Shown one piece after another: positions 36,038-45,285 of a DNA stretch of 64,000 nucleotides (position 1 is its first letter; every line of letters starts with the position of its first letter). The stretch lies in NCBI GenBank assembly GCA_965223855.1, contig CBDCXM010000009.1:1696001-1760000 (forward strand). Reading direction: 5' to 3'. Below the pieces are notes generated by a model. That model was not told the origin of the DNA. It worked only from the letters and a program-made list of their open reading frames with translations, and ran no database searches. Source of the DNA: Candidatus Multivoradales bacterium (GTDB lineage Bacteria; Acidobacteriota; Thermoanaerobaculia; Multivoradales; JAHEKO01). The position numbers were made by a program, and so were the translations under genes.

Positions 36038-37692
36038 GCGGACGACGCCAGGAGGGGCCGTGCCACCGGCAGCTCGACGTGGACGGCCGTGCCTTCGCCT
36101 TCGGCGCTCTCGACGTTCACGCGGCCTCCGTGCTCTTCGACGATCCGGTAGACGATCGCCATTCCGATGCCGGTACCACCGCTGAAGGAGGAGCGAAACG
36201 GATCGAACAGGGATGCGCGGGTCTTCTCGGTCATGCCCCTGCCGTTGTCGCGGATCGAGATTCTGTAAACCCCCTCTTCGAGTCTACCGTGAACGTCGAT
36301 CCGGCCCGCGTCGGACAGCGCCCGTAGCGCGTTGCGGGTGAGGTTCCAGAAGATCTGCGAGATCTGATCGGGGTCGGCGAGGATCTCGGTGTCCCCCCCG
36401 TCGAGCTCGAGGTGAACCTCGTGCCCGGGAAGCAGCTCGTCGCTGTTGCGCAGCAGCTCGGTGTTCGATCGCAGCAGCTCGGCGACGTCGAAGCGCACGC
36501 TCGCCCTCTCCTTGGGCCGCGCGAACTGCAGGAAGCTCTTGATGATCCGGTCGAGCCGCCGGCTCTCCTTGAGGATGATGTCGAGGAGCGTGCGCTGGGA
36601 AGACCCCTCGGCGAGGCTCGGCTGCAGCATCTGCGCCGACCCGGAGAGTGCCGCCAGCGGGTTGCCGATCTCGTGAGCGATGCCCGCCGCCATCTCGCCG
36701 ACCGCCGCCATCCGTTCCTTGAGATGCACCTCGGCCTGGAGCTGCTTCCAGTCGCGCAGGTCCTGGAAGACGAGAATGTGCCCCGCAGGATCGCCCGAAG
36801 CCGAGGTCAGGCTGGTCAGTGAGTAACCGATCGGCCGGAGCTCACCATGGCGCTCGAACAGCACCTCGTTGCGATCGTGAGAAGGGGCCGCCTCCTGCGT
36901 GATCTCGTCCCAGCTCAGCCCGCGGAAGAGGCCGGTGTCCTGGACCGGCCGGCCGACCGGTGTTCCCATCGTGAGATCGAGGATCGAGTGAGCGGCGCGG
37001 TTGGCCGTCATCACCTGGCCGTCGCCGTCGAGCGTGATCAACCCGCTGGGGATCGACTCGATGATGTCGCGATGAAGCGTTTCCAGATGTGCGAGTTCGC
37101 GCTGCGCCCTCTGGATGTCGCGCGCCAGACGTGACGCGAGGATCGCCACCAGCGCGAAACCGGCGAGATGGAAGGCGAGGCTGTAGTTGAGGCCCGTCAG
37201 GCTGTCGTCGGTCGCCGGCGTGCCGGGGATCCAGCCGTAGTGGCGGGCGAGCGCCGCCAGCGCGTAGAACATCCAGGCGAACGCCGCCGTCCACAAACCC
37301 CGTCGCCGTCCGAGCGAGGTGGCGACGACGATGATGACGAGGAAGTAGAGAACCGAAAAGGGGCTCCGCCCACCGCCGAAGAGATAGACGAGCGCCGTGG
37401 TGAGCGCCAGGTCGGAGGCGACGTGGAGTCCCGCCTGCACCCTCAGCGGCAGGCCGCCTTGCTGGTGGATCAGCAGGAACAGCAGGTTGACCGAGGCTGC
37501 GCCGATCAGCAGCGTGTAGATGATGCCGTCGCGCGGCGGGTCGGCGAGCGGCGCCTCGAGGAAGACGCGCAGCAGGAAGAAGGCGAAGAGGAAGCTCAGG
37601 ATGCCGACGAGACGGACGAAGATGCCCCGGCCGAGCGACCGCGAAAGGCGGTCGTCGTCCAGCAGCAACCGAGCCGCGTCGCGCTTCGTCAC
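36034..37692 (-). CDS. pilS: PAS sensor histidine kinase (PilS-like)
   Basis: Multi-TM N-terminus, PAS domain, AHEIGNPL, WNLTRNA, DNGRG, GTGIGM. Confidence 0.85.
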   Translation of the reverse strand: MTKRDAARLLLDDDRLSRSLGRGIFVRLVGILSFLFAFFLLRVFLEAPLADPPRDGIIYTLLIGAASVNLLFLLIHQQGGLPLRVQAGLHVASDLALTTALVYLFGGGRSPFSVLYFLVIIVVATSLGRRRGLWTAAFAWMFYALAALARHYGWIPGTPATDDSLTGLNYSLAFHLAGFALVAILASRLARDIQRAQRELAHLETLHRDIIESIPSGLITLDGDGQVMTANRAAHSILDLTMGTPVGRPVQDTGLFRGLSWDEITQEAAPSHDRNEVLFERHGELRPIGYSLTSLTSASGDPAGHILVFQDLRDWKQLQAEVHLKERMAAVGEMAAGIAHEIGNPLAALSGSAQMLQPSLAEGSSQRTLLDIILKESRRLDRIIKSFLQFARPKERASVRFDVAELLRSNTELLRNSDELLPGHEVHLELDGGDTEILADPDQISQIFWNLTRNALRALSDAGRIDVHGRLEEGVYRISIRDNGRGMTEKTRASLFDPFRSSFSGGTGIGMAIVYRIVEEHGGRVNVESAEGEGTAVHVELPVARPLLASSA

Positions 37693-37742
37693 GCGTCAGC
37701 CCGTCCTTCTCACGCTGCAGTGGCCTCTTCCGGCCCCGCCCG

Positions 37743-38948
37743 CTACGAGATGCGGCCGAGAATCGTGTAGAGAGGCAGGTACATCGCCGTCACGATCACG
37801 CCGATCACACCGCCGAGGAAGACGATCATGATCGGCTCCAGCAGCTTGATCATCCCCTGAACGGCGGTGTCGACCTCGTCCTCGTAGAAGTCCGCGATCT
37901 TCGAGAGCATCTGGTCGAGCGCGCCGGTCTGCTCGCCGACGTTGACCATCTGGACGACCATCGTCGGAAAGACCTTGGTCTCGCGCAGCGGTCCGCTGAG
38001 GGTCTTGCCCTCCTCGACGCTCTTCCTGACCGCCATGATGGCGTCTTCGACGATCGCATTGCCGGAGGTCTTGGCGGTGATCTCGAGCCCGTCGAGGATC
38101 GGAACACCGGAGGAGGTGAGCGTACCGAGGGTGCGACAGAAGCGGGCCACGGCGATCTTGCGGATCAGCGGGCCGATGATCGGTGTTCGCAGCAGCAGTC
38201 CATCGATGACCCGCCGCCCCCGCTCGGTCTTGTAGTAGCCGCGGACGGCCAGCCCGATCACGAACAGGAGGATTGCGATCAGCCATGAATAGCTGGCGAC
38301 GATGTTGCTCGCCTTGACCACCATGCGGGTGAGCCAGGGCAGTTCCCCGCCGAGGCCGGCGAAGAGCTGGGTGAAGACCGGGATCACCTTCCACAGGATC
38401 ACCCAGACGACGATCACCGCGATGACGATCACCGTCACCGGGTAGATCAGCGCCGAGCGGATCTGGCTGCGCAGCTTGTAGAGCTTCTCGAGGTAGGTCG
38501 AGAGGCGCTGGAGGATGATGTCGAGGATACCGCCCGCCTCGCCGGCGGCGACCATGCTCACGAACAGGTTGTCGAAGGCGGCAGGGTGCTTGCGCATCGC
38601 GTCGGCCAGACTGGCGCCGCTCTCGACGTCCGCCTGAACCGCGCTGATGATGTCGCGAAACTTCTTGTTCTCCTGCTGTTCGGCCAGGATCTCGAGGCAC
38701 TGCACCAGAGGCAGACCGGCATCGAGCATCACCGAGAACTGCCGGGTGAAGATCGCGATCGTCTTGATGTTGATGCGACGGGGAAGCCGCTTCATGAAGG
38801 GGATCTGGCGCCCCTTCTGGCGGATCGACGAGACCCGGATCTGCTGACGGCGCAGCGAGGCGACCGCCGCCTCACGGGAGTCTGCGACGAGCACCCCTTC
38901 CTGAAACTGTCCGCCCCGGGTGCGGCCCTTCCAAGCGAAACTAGGCAT
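37743..38948 (-). CDS. pilC: Type IV pilus platform protein (GspF/PilC family)
   Basis: FTRQFSVMLDAGLPL, AGEAGGIL, ALIYP, VGEQTGAL, LLEPIM. Confidence 0.95.
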   Translation of the reverse strand: MPSFAWKGRTRGGQFQEGVLVADSREAAVASLRRQQIRVSSIRQKGRQIPFMKRLPRRINIKTIAIFTRQFSVMLDAGLPLVQCLEILAEQQENKKFRDIISAVQADVESGASLADAMRKHPAAFDNLFVSMVAAGEAGGILDIILQRLSTYLEKLYKLRSQIRSALIYPVTVIVIAVIVVWVILWKVIPVFTQLFAGLGGELPWLTRMVVKASNIVASYSWLIAILLFVIGLAVRGYYKTERGRRVIDGLLLRTPIIGPLIRKIAVARFCRTLGTLTSSGVPILDGLEITAKTSGNAIVEDAIMAVRKSVEEGKTLSGPLRETKVFPTMVVQMVNVGEQTGALDQMLSKIADFYEDEVDTAVQGMIKLLEPIMIVFLGGVIGVIVTAMYLPLYTILGRIS

Positions 38949-38949
38949 C

Positions 38950-40074
38950 CTAGCTGGCCCTCACTGTCTGGTTCTGGGTCGCCCGCAACGACGGGTTCAG
39001 AGCCCCGGCGCCGCGTTCGATGATCTCCTGCAGCTCCTCCGCGTTCGAGGAACGGGACAGGGCGGTCTGCAGGTTGATCTGGCGGCGGAAGTAGAGCGCC
39101 GCCAGCGACTGATTGAAGGTCTGCATCCCGTACCTCGACTGGCCGGTCTGCATCATGCCGTAGATCTGGTGCACCTTGTCCTCGCGGATCAGATTGCGGA
39201 TCGCCGAGTTCGGCACCATGATCTCCATCGCCAGCGCGCGCCCCTTGCCGCTGGCGCGCGGCAGCAGCGACTGACACAGGATCGCCTCGAGCACGAACGA
39301 GAGCTGCACCCGGATCTGCCCCTGCTGGTGGGGTGGGAAGACGTCGATGATTCGGTTGATCGTCTGTGCCGCCGAGTTGGTGTGGAGGGTGGCGAAGGTC
39401 AGGTGACCGGTCTCGGCGATGCGCAGCGCCGCCTCCACCGTCTCGTAGTCGCGCATCTCACCGACGAGCACGACGTCCGGATCCTGACGCAGGACCGACT
39501 TGAGCGCGTTCTTGAAGGAGTGGGTGTCGGCCTCGAGCTCGCGCTGGTTGACGATGCAGCTCTTGTGCGAGTGGAGGTACTCGATCGGGTCTTCGATGGT
39601 GACGATGTGCTCGCTGCGCTCGCGATTGACCTTGTCGAGGATCGTCGCCAGCGTCGTCGACTTACCCGACCCGGTGGGGCCGGTGACGAGGATCAGTCCG
39701 CGCGGCTTGTCGGCGAGCTTCTCGACCGTCGTCGGGATCCCCAGCTCACGGAAAGAGCGGATCTCGAACGGGATCTGGCGAAACGCCCCGGCGAGGGCGC
39801 CACGCTGGTTGTAGACGTTGGCGCGGAACCGCGCGAGACCCTTGATGCCGAAGGAGAAGTCGATCTCGAGATTCTCCTCGAGCCGCTGCTTCTGTTTGTC
39901 GGTGAGGATCGAGTAGACGAGCTGTTTCGTCTGCGTCGGGTTGAGGTCGGGCTGGTTCAACGGGTGGAGAACGCCGTCGATCCGGATCTGCGGCGGAGCA
40001 CTGGTGGTCAGATGGAGGTCGGAGGCACCGCGTTCCACCGTCTCCTTGAGCATCTCGTTGAGCGTCAGTGTCAT
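38950..40074 (-). CDS. pilT: Type IV pilus retraction ATPase
   Basis: GASDLHL, GPTGSGKSTT, TIEDPIEY, LRQDPD, AETGHL..TLHTN, AIRNLIRE and GMQT. Confidence 0.97.
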   Translation of the reverse strand: MTLTLNEMLKETVERGASDLHLTTSAPPQIRIDGVLHPLNQPDLNPTQTKQLVYSILTDKQKQRLEENLEIDFSFGIKGLARFRANVYNQRGALAGAFRQIPFEIRSFRELGIPTTVEKLADKPRGLILVTGPTGSGKSTTLATILDKVNRERSEHIVTIEDPIEYLHSHKSCIVNQRELEADTHSFKNALKSVLRQDPDVVLVGEMRDYETVEAALRIAETGHLTFATLHTNSAAQTINRIIDVFPPHQQGQIRVQLSFVLEAILCQSLLPRASGKGRALAMEIMVPNSAIRNLIREDKVHQIYGMMQTGQSRYGMQTFNQSLAALYFRRQINLQTALSRSSNAEELQEIIERGAGALNPSLRATQNQTVRAS

Positions 40075-40280
40075 CGCATGTCGACCTTACCGAAGTGCCG
40101 TTTTCCCGGCGCGAGGCCGCGCCCGAACCACGACGGGAGTGCGTGGATAGCTCGTAAGTGCCTATCGTTGCAGGCTTTTTGAGCTTATAACACGATTGTA
40201 GACGATCCCGGGCGAGGAATGTCACACGGGCGCCGAAATCGTGGCGGGGAGGGGCCGCCGCCGTTGCTATTCTCGCCGCG

Positions 40281-42167
40281 ATGGCGGAACTCCCGGAGCT
40301 GTTGGAAGAGACCCCGACGCGCCCGGTCTACGACTGGGAGCTGTTCCGCCGTCTGCTCGGCTATCTCACCCGCTACCGGGGGCGCGCGGCGGCCGCGGTC
40401 GGCCTGATCGTCCTCTCCTCGCTGCTGCAGCTCGTCGGGCCGCTGGCGACGGCGCTGGCGCTCGACCTCTACCTGCGCCCGGGCACAGGTGGCGGGGCCG
40501 GGAGTGGCGGCGACGGAGGCGGCGAGGCACCCTCCGGCCTCGCCCGGCGGCTCGAGGAGGCGTGGCTGTCACAGAGCTCGCTCGACCCGGCCGCGGGACT
40601 GGCGGCGATCGCCGCGGTCTATCTGGTCGCCCTGGTGCTGGCGGCGTTCGTCCTGTGGGCGCAGGGGTGGATCATGCAGACCACGGGGCAGGCGATCATG
40701 GCCGACCTGCGGCGCGATCTCTTCGCGGCGCTCCAGCGCCAGTCGGTCGACTACTTCGATCGCCATCCGATCGGCCGGCTGGTGACGCGGGTGACGAACG
40801 ACGTCGATTCGCTCAACGAGCTCTTCACCGCCGGGCTGGTGTCGATCTTCGGCGACGTCATGCTGCTGGGCGGCATCGTCGTCACCCTCTTCTGGCTCGA
40901 CTGGCGCCTCGCGCTCGTCACCTTCGCCATCCTGCCGCTCCTCTTCGGCCTTTCGGTGTGGTTCAAGAAGCGGGCGCGCGAGAGCTACCGCAAGGTGCGG
41001 GTGCGGCTCGCCCACATCAACGCCTACCTGCAGGAGCACGTCACCGGGATGAGCGTCGTGCAGCTCTTCGGCCGCGAGCGGGCGACCGCCGAGCGGTTCG
41101 CCGAGATCGACGACGAGCACCGCGCCGCCAACCTCGAGGCGATCTTCTACTACGCCGTCTACTACCCGATGGTCGAGCTGATTACCGCGCTCGGCCTGGG
41201 GCTCATCCTGTGGTTCGGCGGGGTGCAGGTGATGGCGGGGGCGCTCACTCTCGGCGTCCTCGTCGCCTTCCTCCAGTACGCGCAGCGCTTCTATCAGCCG
41301 CTCGCCGACCTGTCGGAGAAGTACAACATCCTCCAGAGCGCGATGGCGAGCTCCGAGCGGGTGTTCGACCTGCTCGACAGCGAGCCGCGGGTCGCGAGCC
41401 CGATCGATGGCTGGCGGCCGGAGGTGACGGAGGGGCGGATCGACTTTCGCTCGATCGACTTCGCCTACGTCGAGGGGGAGCCGGTGCTGAAGAAGCTCGA
41501 CCTCACCGTCGAGCCGGGGGAGACGGTGGCGATCGTCGGCCATACGGGAGCGGGCAAGAGCACGCTCGCCAACCTGCTGCTGCGGCTCTACGACGTCGAT
41601 CGGGGAGCGGTCGAGGTCGACGGCATCGACGTGCGCCGCTGGGATCTGGCGGAGCTGCGCTCGAGCATCGGTCTGGTGCTGCAGGATGTCTTCCTCTTCT
41701 CGGGCACGGTGGCCGAGAATATCCACCTCGGCAACCCCGCCATCCGGCGCGAGGCGGTCGAGGAGGCGGCGCGTGAAGTCGGCGCGGACCGCTTCATCGG
41801 CGCTCTCGAGCAGGGGTACGACGCCGTCGTCCACGAGCGCGGCGCCGGGCTCTCGGTCGGCCAGAAGCAGCTGGTCGCCTTCGCCCGCGCACTGGCGGCC
41901 GACCCGCGGATCCTGGTGCTCGACGAGGCGACGTCGTCGATCGACACCGAGACCGAGGCGCAGATCCAGCGTGCCCTCGACCGCCTGCTCGTCGGCCGCA
42001 CCAGCCTCGTCATCGCCCACCGCCTGTCGACCCTTCAGCAGGCCGATCGGATCGCCGTTCTGCACCAGGGAGAGTTGAGGGAGCTCGGCACCCATCAGGA
42101 GCTGCTGGCGATGCGAGGCATCTACCACCGGCTCTATCTCCTCCAGTACGGTGCCGAGGTCGCCTGA
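40281..42167 (+). CDS. ABC transporter fused permease/ATPase (MdlB/MsbA-like, no C39 peptidase domain)
   Basis: TMD plus GHTGAGKS, LSVGQKQ, LVLDEATS and IAHRLST. Confidence 0.93.
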   Translation: MAELPELLEETPTRPVYDWELFRRLLGYLTRYRGRAAAAVGLIVLSSLLQLVGPLATALALDLYLRPGTGGGAGSGGDGGGEAPSGLARRLEEAWLSQSSLDPAAGLAAIAAVYLVALVLAAFVLWAQGWIMQTTGQAIMADLRRDLFAALQRQSVDYFDRHPIGRLVTRVTNDVDSLNELFTAGLVSIFGDVMLLGGIVVTLFWLDWRLALVTFAILPLLFGLSVWFKKRARESYRKVRVRLAHINAYLQEHVTGMSVVQLFGRERATAERFAEIDDEHRAANLEAIFYYAVYYPMVELITALGLGLILWFGGVQVMAGALTLGVLVAFLQYAQRFYQPLADLSEKYNILQSAMASSERVFDLLDSEPRVASPIDGWRPEVTEGRIDFRSIDFAYVEGEPVLKKLDLTVEPGETVAIVGHTGAGKSTLANLLLRLYDVDRGAVEVDGIDVRRWDLAELRSSIGLVLQDVFLFSGTVAENIHLGNPAIRREAVEEAAREVGADRFIGALEQGYDAVVHERGAGLSVGQKQLVAFARALAADPRILVLDEATSSIDTETEAQIQRALDRLLVGRTSLVIAHRLSTLQQADRIAVLHQGELRELGTHQELLAMRGIYHRLYLLQYGAEVA

Positions 42168-42230
42168 AGGGCGCCCTCTCTCCCTGCCGCTGGCGTAGGA
42201 TCGCGGCATCTTGATCTCACAGGTTGTTTC

Positions 42231-45200
42231 GTGACCATCGTCCTGACGCTGGTGTGTGGAGCGCTCGCTCTGTGGGTGCTGCGCCTCAACGGGAGGCTCG
42301 ATCGGCACAGGGCTCGTCTGGTCTGGCTGGAGGGGGCGCTGCGCGACGAGCGGCGTAGGGCACAGGCCGGACGCGAGCGTTCCGAAGAGGCGGTCGAGGC
42401 CGCAACGCCCGAAGCCGATACCCCTGAAGCCGATGTGCCCGAAGCCGATGTGCCCGATGCCGGCGCGCCCGGACCGGACGTGCCCGAGTTCGACGAGGCC
42501 CCCTCCGGCGAGAGCGTCGAGTCGTCGGATGCGGCGGACAGACCGCTCGCGGTGCCCCCGGCACTGTCTCCAGCCACTAGCCCGGCCGTGCCTACGTCCT
42601 CTGCCGGGGTGCAGGAGGTGGAGGTGGAGGTGGAGGAGGAGTGGGTCGAGGGCGCTCCTTCCCGAGTGCCGCAGATCGACTGGGAGCGCTGGATCGGCGT
42701 CCGCGGCGCGGCGGTGCTCGGCGGTGTCGTGCTGGCGCTCGCGGCGGTGCTCTTCCTGCGCTACTCGATCGAGCGTGGCCTCATCCCGCCGATCGTGCGG
42801 GTCGCCTTCGGCTTCCTCGCCGGCGTCGGCTCGCTGGTCGGCTCCGAGACGGTGCGCCGCCGCGGCTACCGGGCGGTGGCGGATGCCACGGCGGGCGCCG
42901 GCGTCGTCATCCTCTACGCCTCGACGTGGGCGGCGCGCGAGCTCTACGAGCTGATCCCGGCGCCGGTGGCGTGGGCGCTGATGGTGCTCGTCACCGTCGT
43001 CTGCGGCCTGCTCTCGTGGCGCCGCGAAGCGCGGCTGATCGCCCTGCTGGGACTCGCCGGCGGCTTCGCGACTCCGCTGCTGCTGTCGAGCGCCGAGAAC
43101 GACCCGCTGTCGCTGTTCGCCTACCTGCTGCTGCTCGACATCGGCCTCCTGTGGCTGGCGCGCCGTAACCGCTGGCCGATCCTCGCCGGGCTGTCGCTGG
43201 CCGGGACCTTCCTCTACCAGACGGTCTGGATCGTATTCGGCCTCGAGGCCGATCGGCTGCCGCTGGCACTGGTCGTCCTCGGCGTCTTCGCGGCACTCTA
43301 CGTCTTGGCCGCGCCCAAGCTCCGGTCGACGGAGACGTCGGGGGAAGGGTCGGAGGAGCTCCTTTCGACCTGGACCGTCTCGCGCATCGGGGCGCTGGTG
43401 CTGCCGTTCCTGCTGACCCTCATGCTCGCTGCGCGCACCGACCTCGGCGAACGGCTGTGGCCGTTGGCCGTGCTGGCGGCCCTCCTGACGACGGCGGCCG
43501 TCTGGCTCGATCGGGGCGGCAGGGAACCGCCGCTCTCGCTGGGTGCCGCGGGCTGCCTGCTGGCGTTGTGGACGATCTGGAACGGCGCGCGCCAACTGAC
43601 GGTGACGGGCGTCTGGGAGACGGCGGCGGTCGCGATCCTTCTCGCGCTGGCCCTCCACTGGCCGCTCGAGTTGCGCCGGCGGGGACGGGTCGAGGAGGCG
43701 GCGCGGGCGGCGCTCGTCTTCTCGCTCGGTGCCGCCTTCGTCTGGTGCTGCGCGAGGCTGCCGAAGGAAGCGTCTGCGCTCGCGCCGTGGCTGGCGGGTC
43801 TCGTCGGGCTGGCGAGTCTCGCACTGCGGCAGGCGAGACTCCTCGCTGAAGGATGGAGACTGGCGGCAGCCGCGCTGCCGCCGCTCGGCCTTGCCGCCTT
43901 GCTGCTCCAGTGGGAGGGTCCGGCACGACTGTCGGCCTCCGGTGTCGCGGCGTTCGCCGTTCTGGCTTCGTTCCCCTACTCCGCTTTGGCGTTGCGTCGG
44001 GCCGAGTCGGCCGAGCGGTGGCGGCGTGCCGCCCTCCTTGCGCCATGCGCGACTCTGCTGGTGCTCGCCCCGTTCGCGCTCCGGCTTTCCTCGTCTCCGT
44101 GGGTCTTTCTCATCACCACCCTGGCGCTCGGTGCGCTCGCCTGCTTCGCCTGTGCGAGCCGCGCCTCCGGTCGCGGGTACGTCGCCACAGGCGGCTCGCT
44201 GGCGATGGCCCAGTGGGCGGGGGCGTTGGCGTTTCTCGGCAGTGGAATCGAGGGGGCGCCGATCGCCGTCCTCGTCTGCGGGACCCTCGCGGTGGTGCTG
44301 CTCGCCTTCTGGCCGTTCGTCCACCGCGGCAGGCTGCTCGACTCGCGGCCGACGCTCTACGTCGCCGCGCTCGCCGCGCCGGTCTGGTTCCTGCCGCTCC
44401 GTGCCGCCTGGCTCGAGCTGTGGGGCGATCGCTCGATAGCCCTTCTGCCGCTCGCTCTCGGTGGGATCACCTGTGCGGCCGCCGCCTGTGCGCGTCGCGT
44501 CTCGGGAGGGGAGAGGGTCGTCCGGCAGCTCGCCTGGCTGCTCGGAGTCGCGATCGGCTTCCTGGCGCTGGCGATCCCGTTGCAGCTCGATCGCGAGTGG
44601 CTGACCCTCGGCTGGGCGCTCCAGGGGGCGGCGCTCGTGTGGCTGTGGCGGCGGCTCGATCATCCGGGCCTGCGCTACGCCGGCCTGGCGCTCCTCGCGG
44701 TCGTGACGGCGCGACTGGTGGCGAACCCGGCGGTGCTCGGCTACCACGCCAAGGCGTCGGTGCCGGTCTTGAACTGGCTGCTCTACGCCTACGGTGTGCC
44801 GGTCGCCGCCCTGATCGCCGCCGCGACCTTCCAGGCCCCGCTGGAGATCGAGCGCCGCACCGCCCGGGAGCGCGACCTCTACGACGGGCCGATCCGGCTG
44901 GGGGCGGCGGCGTGCGGCCTGGCGGCGATCGTCGTCTCGTTCGTCTGGGTCAATCTGACGATCTTCGACGCCTTCGCGGACGGGCCGGTGGTCCGTCTGA
45001 CGCTCGATCGGATGCCGGCCCGCGACCTGACGCTGTCGCTCGCCTGGATCGTCTTCGCGGTCGCCCTGCTGGCGCTCGGGATGGCGCGCCACAGCTCGGC
45101 GTTGCGCTGGCTCAGCCTCGCCTTCCTCGTTCTGGCGATCGGCAAGGTGTTTCTCTACGATCTCGGCGAGCTGGAAGAGCTCTACCGCGTCGCCTCGTTG

Positions 45201-45281
45201 GCGGGACTGGCGATCTCGCTGCTCCTCGTCTCGCTCGCCTATCAACGCTTCGTCTTCGGCCGCGACAAGCCCCGGGAGTGA
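42231..45281 (+). CDS. DUF2339 family large membrane protein
   Basis: WERWIG...GGFATPLL...KVFLYDLGELEELYRVASLAGL; more than 20 hydrophobic segments. Confidence 0.85.
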   Translation: MTIVLTLVCGALALWVLRLNGRLDRHRARLVWLEGALRDERRRAQAGRERSEEAVEAATPEADTPEADVPEADVPDAGAPGPDVPEFDEAPSGESVESSDAADRPLAVPPALSPATSPAVPTSSAGVQEVEVEVEEEWVEGAPSRVPQIDWERWIGVRGAAVLGGVVLALAAVLFLRYSIERGLIPPIVRVAFGFLAGVGSLVGSETVRRRGYRAVADATAGAGVVILYASTWAARELYELIPAPVAWALMVLVTVVCGLLSWRREARLIALLGLAGGFATPLLLSSAENDPLSLFAYLLLLDIGLLWLARRNRWPILAGLSLAGTFLYQTVWIVFGLEADRLPLALVVLGVFAALYVLAAPKLRSTETSGEGSEELLSTWTVSRIGALVLPFLLTLMLAARTDLGERLWPLAVLAALLTTAAVWLDRGGREPPLSLGAAGCLLALWTIWNGARQLTVTGVWETAAVAILLALALHWPLELRRRGRVEEAARAALVFSLGAAFVWCCARLPKEASALAPWLAGLVGLASLALRQARLLAEGWRLAAAALPPLGLAALLLQWEGPARLSASGVAAFAVLASFPYSALALRRAESAERWRRAALLAPCATLLVLAPFALRLSSSPWVFLITTLALGALACFACASRASGRGYVATGGSLAMAQWAGALAFLGSGIEGAPIAVLVCGTLAVVLLAFWPFVHRGRLLDSRPTLYVAALAAPVWFLPLRAAWLELWGDRSIALLPLALGGITCAAAACARRVSGGERVVRQLAWLLGVAIGFLALAIPLQLDREWLTLGWALQGAALVWLWRRLDHPGLRYAGLALLAVVTARLVANPAVLGYHAKASVPVLNWLLYAYGVPVAALIAAATFQAPLEIERRTARERDLYDGPIRLGAAACGLAAIVVSFVWVNLTIFDAFADGPVVRLTLDRMPARDLTLSLAWIVFAVALLALGMARHSSALRWLSLAFLVLAIGKVFLYDLGELEELYRVASLAGLAISLLLVSLAYQRFVFGRDKPRE

Positions 45282-45285
45282 ACCG

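Noticed and set aside
40281-42167. ABC transporter as the LanT exporter of the RiPP
   Set aside because: It lies 20 kb away, lacks a C39 peptidase domain and looks like a generic MdlB-type transporter.
42408-42460. 15-bp tandem repeat (PEADT/PEADV) and nearby GAGGTG run
   Set aside because: In-frame low-complexity linker of the DUF2339 protein.
40569-45245. 1558-aa minus-strand ORF (also 3545-6460 +, 17595-20159 - and similar)
   Set aside because: Antisense shadows of well-supported genes, typical of high-GC DNA; Arg/Gly/Pro-rich with no recognisable motifs.
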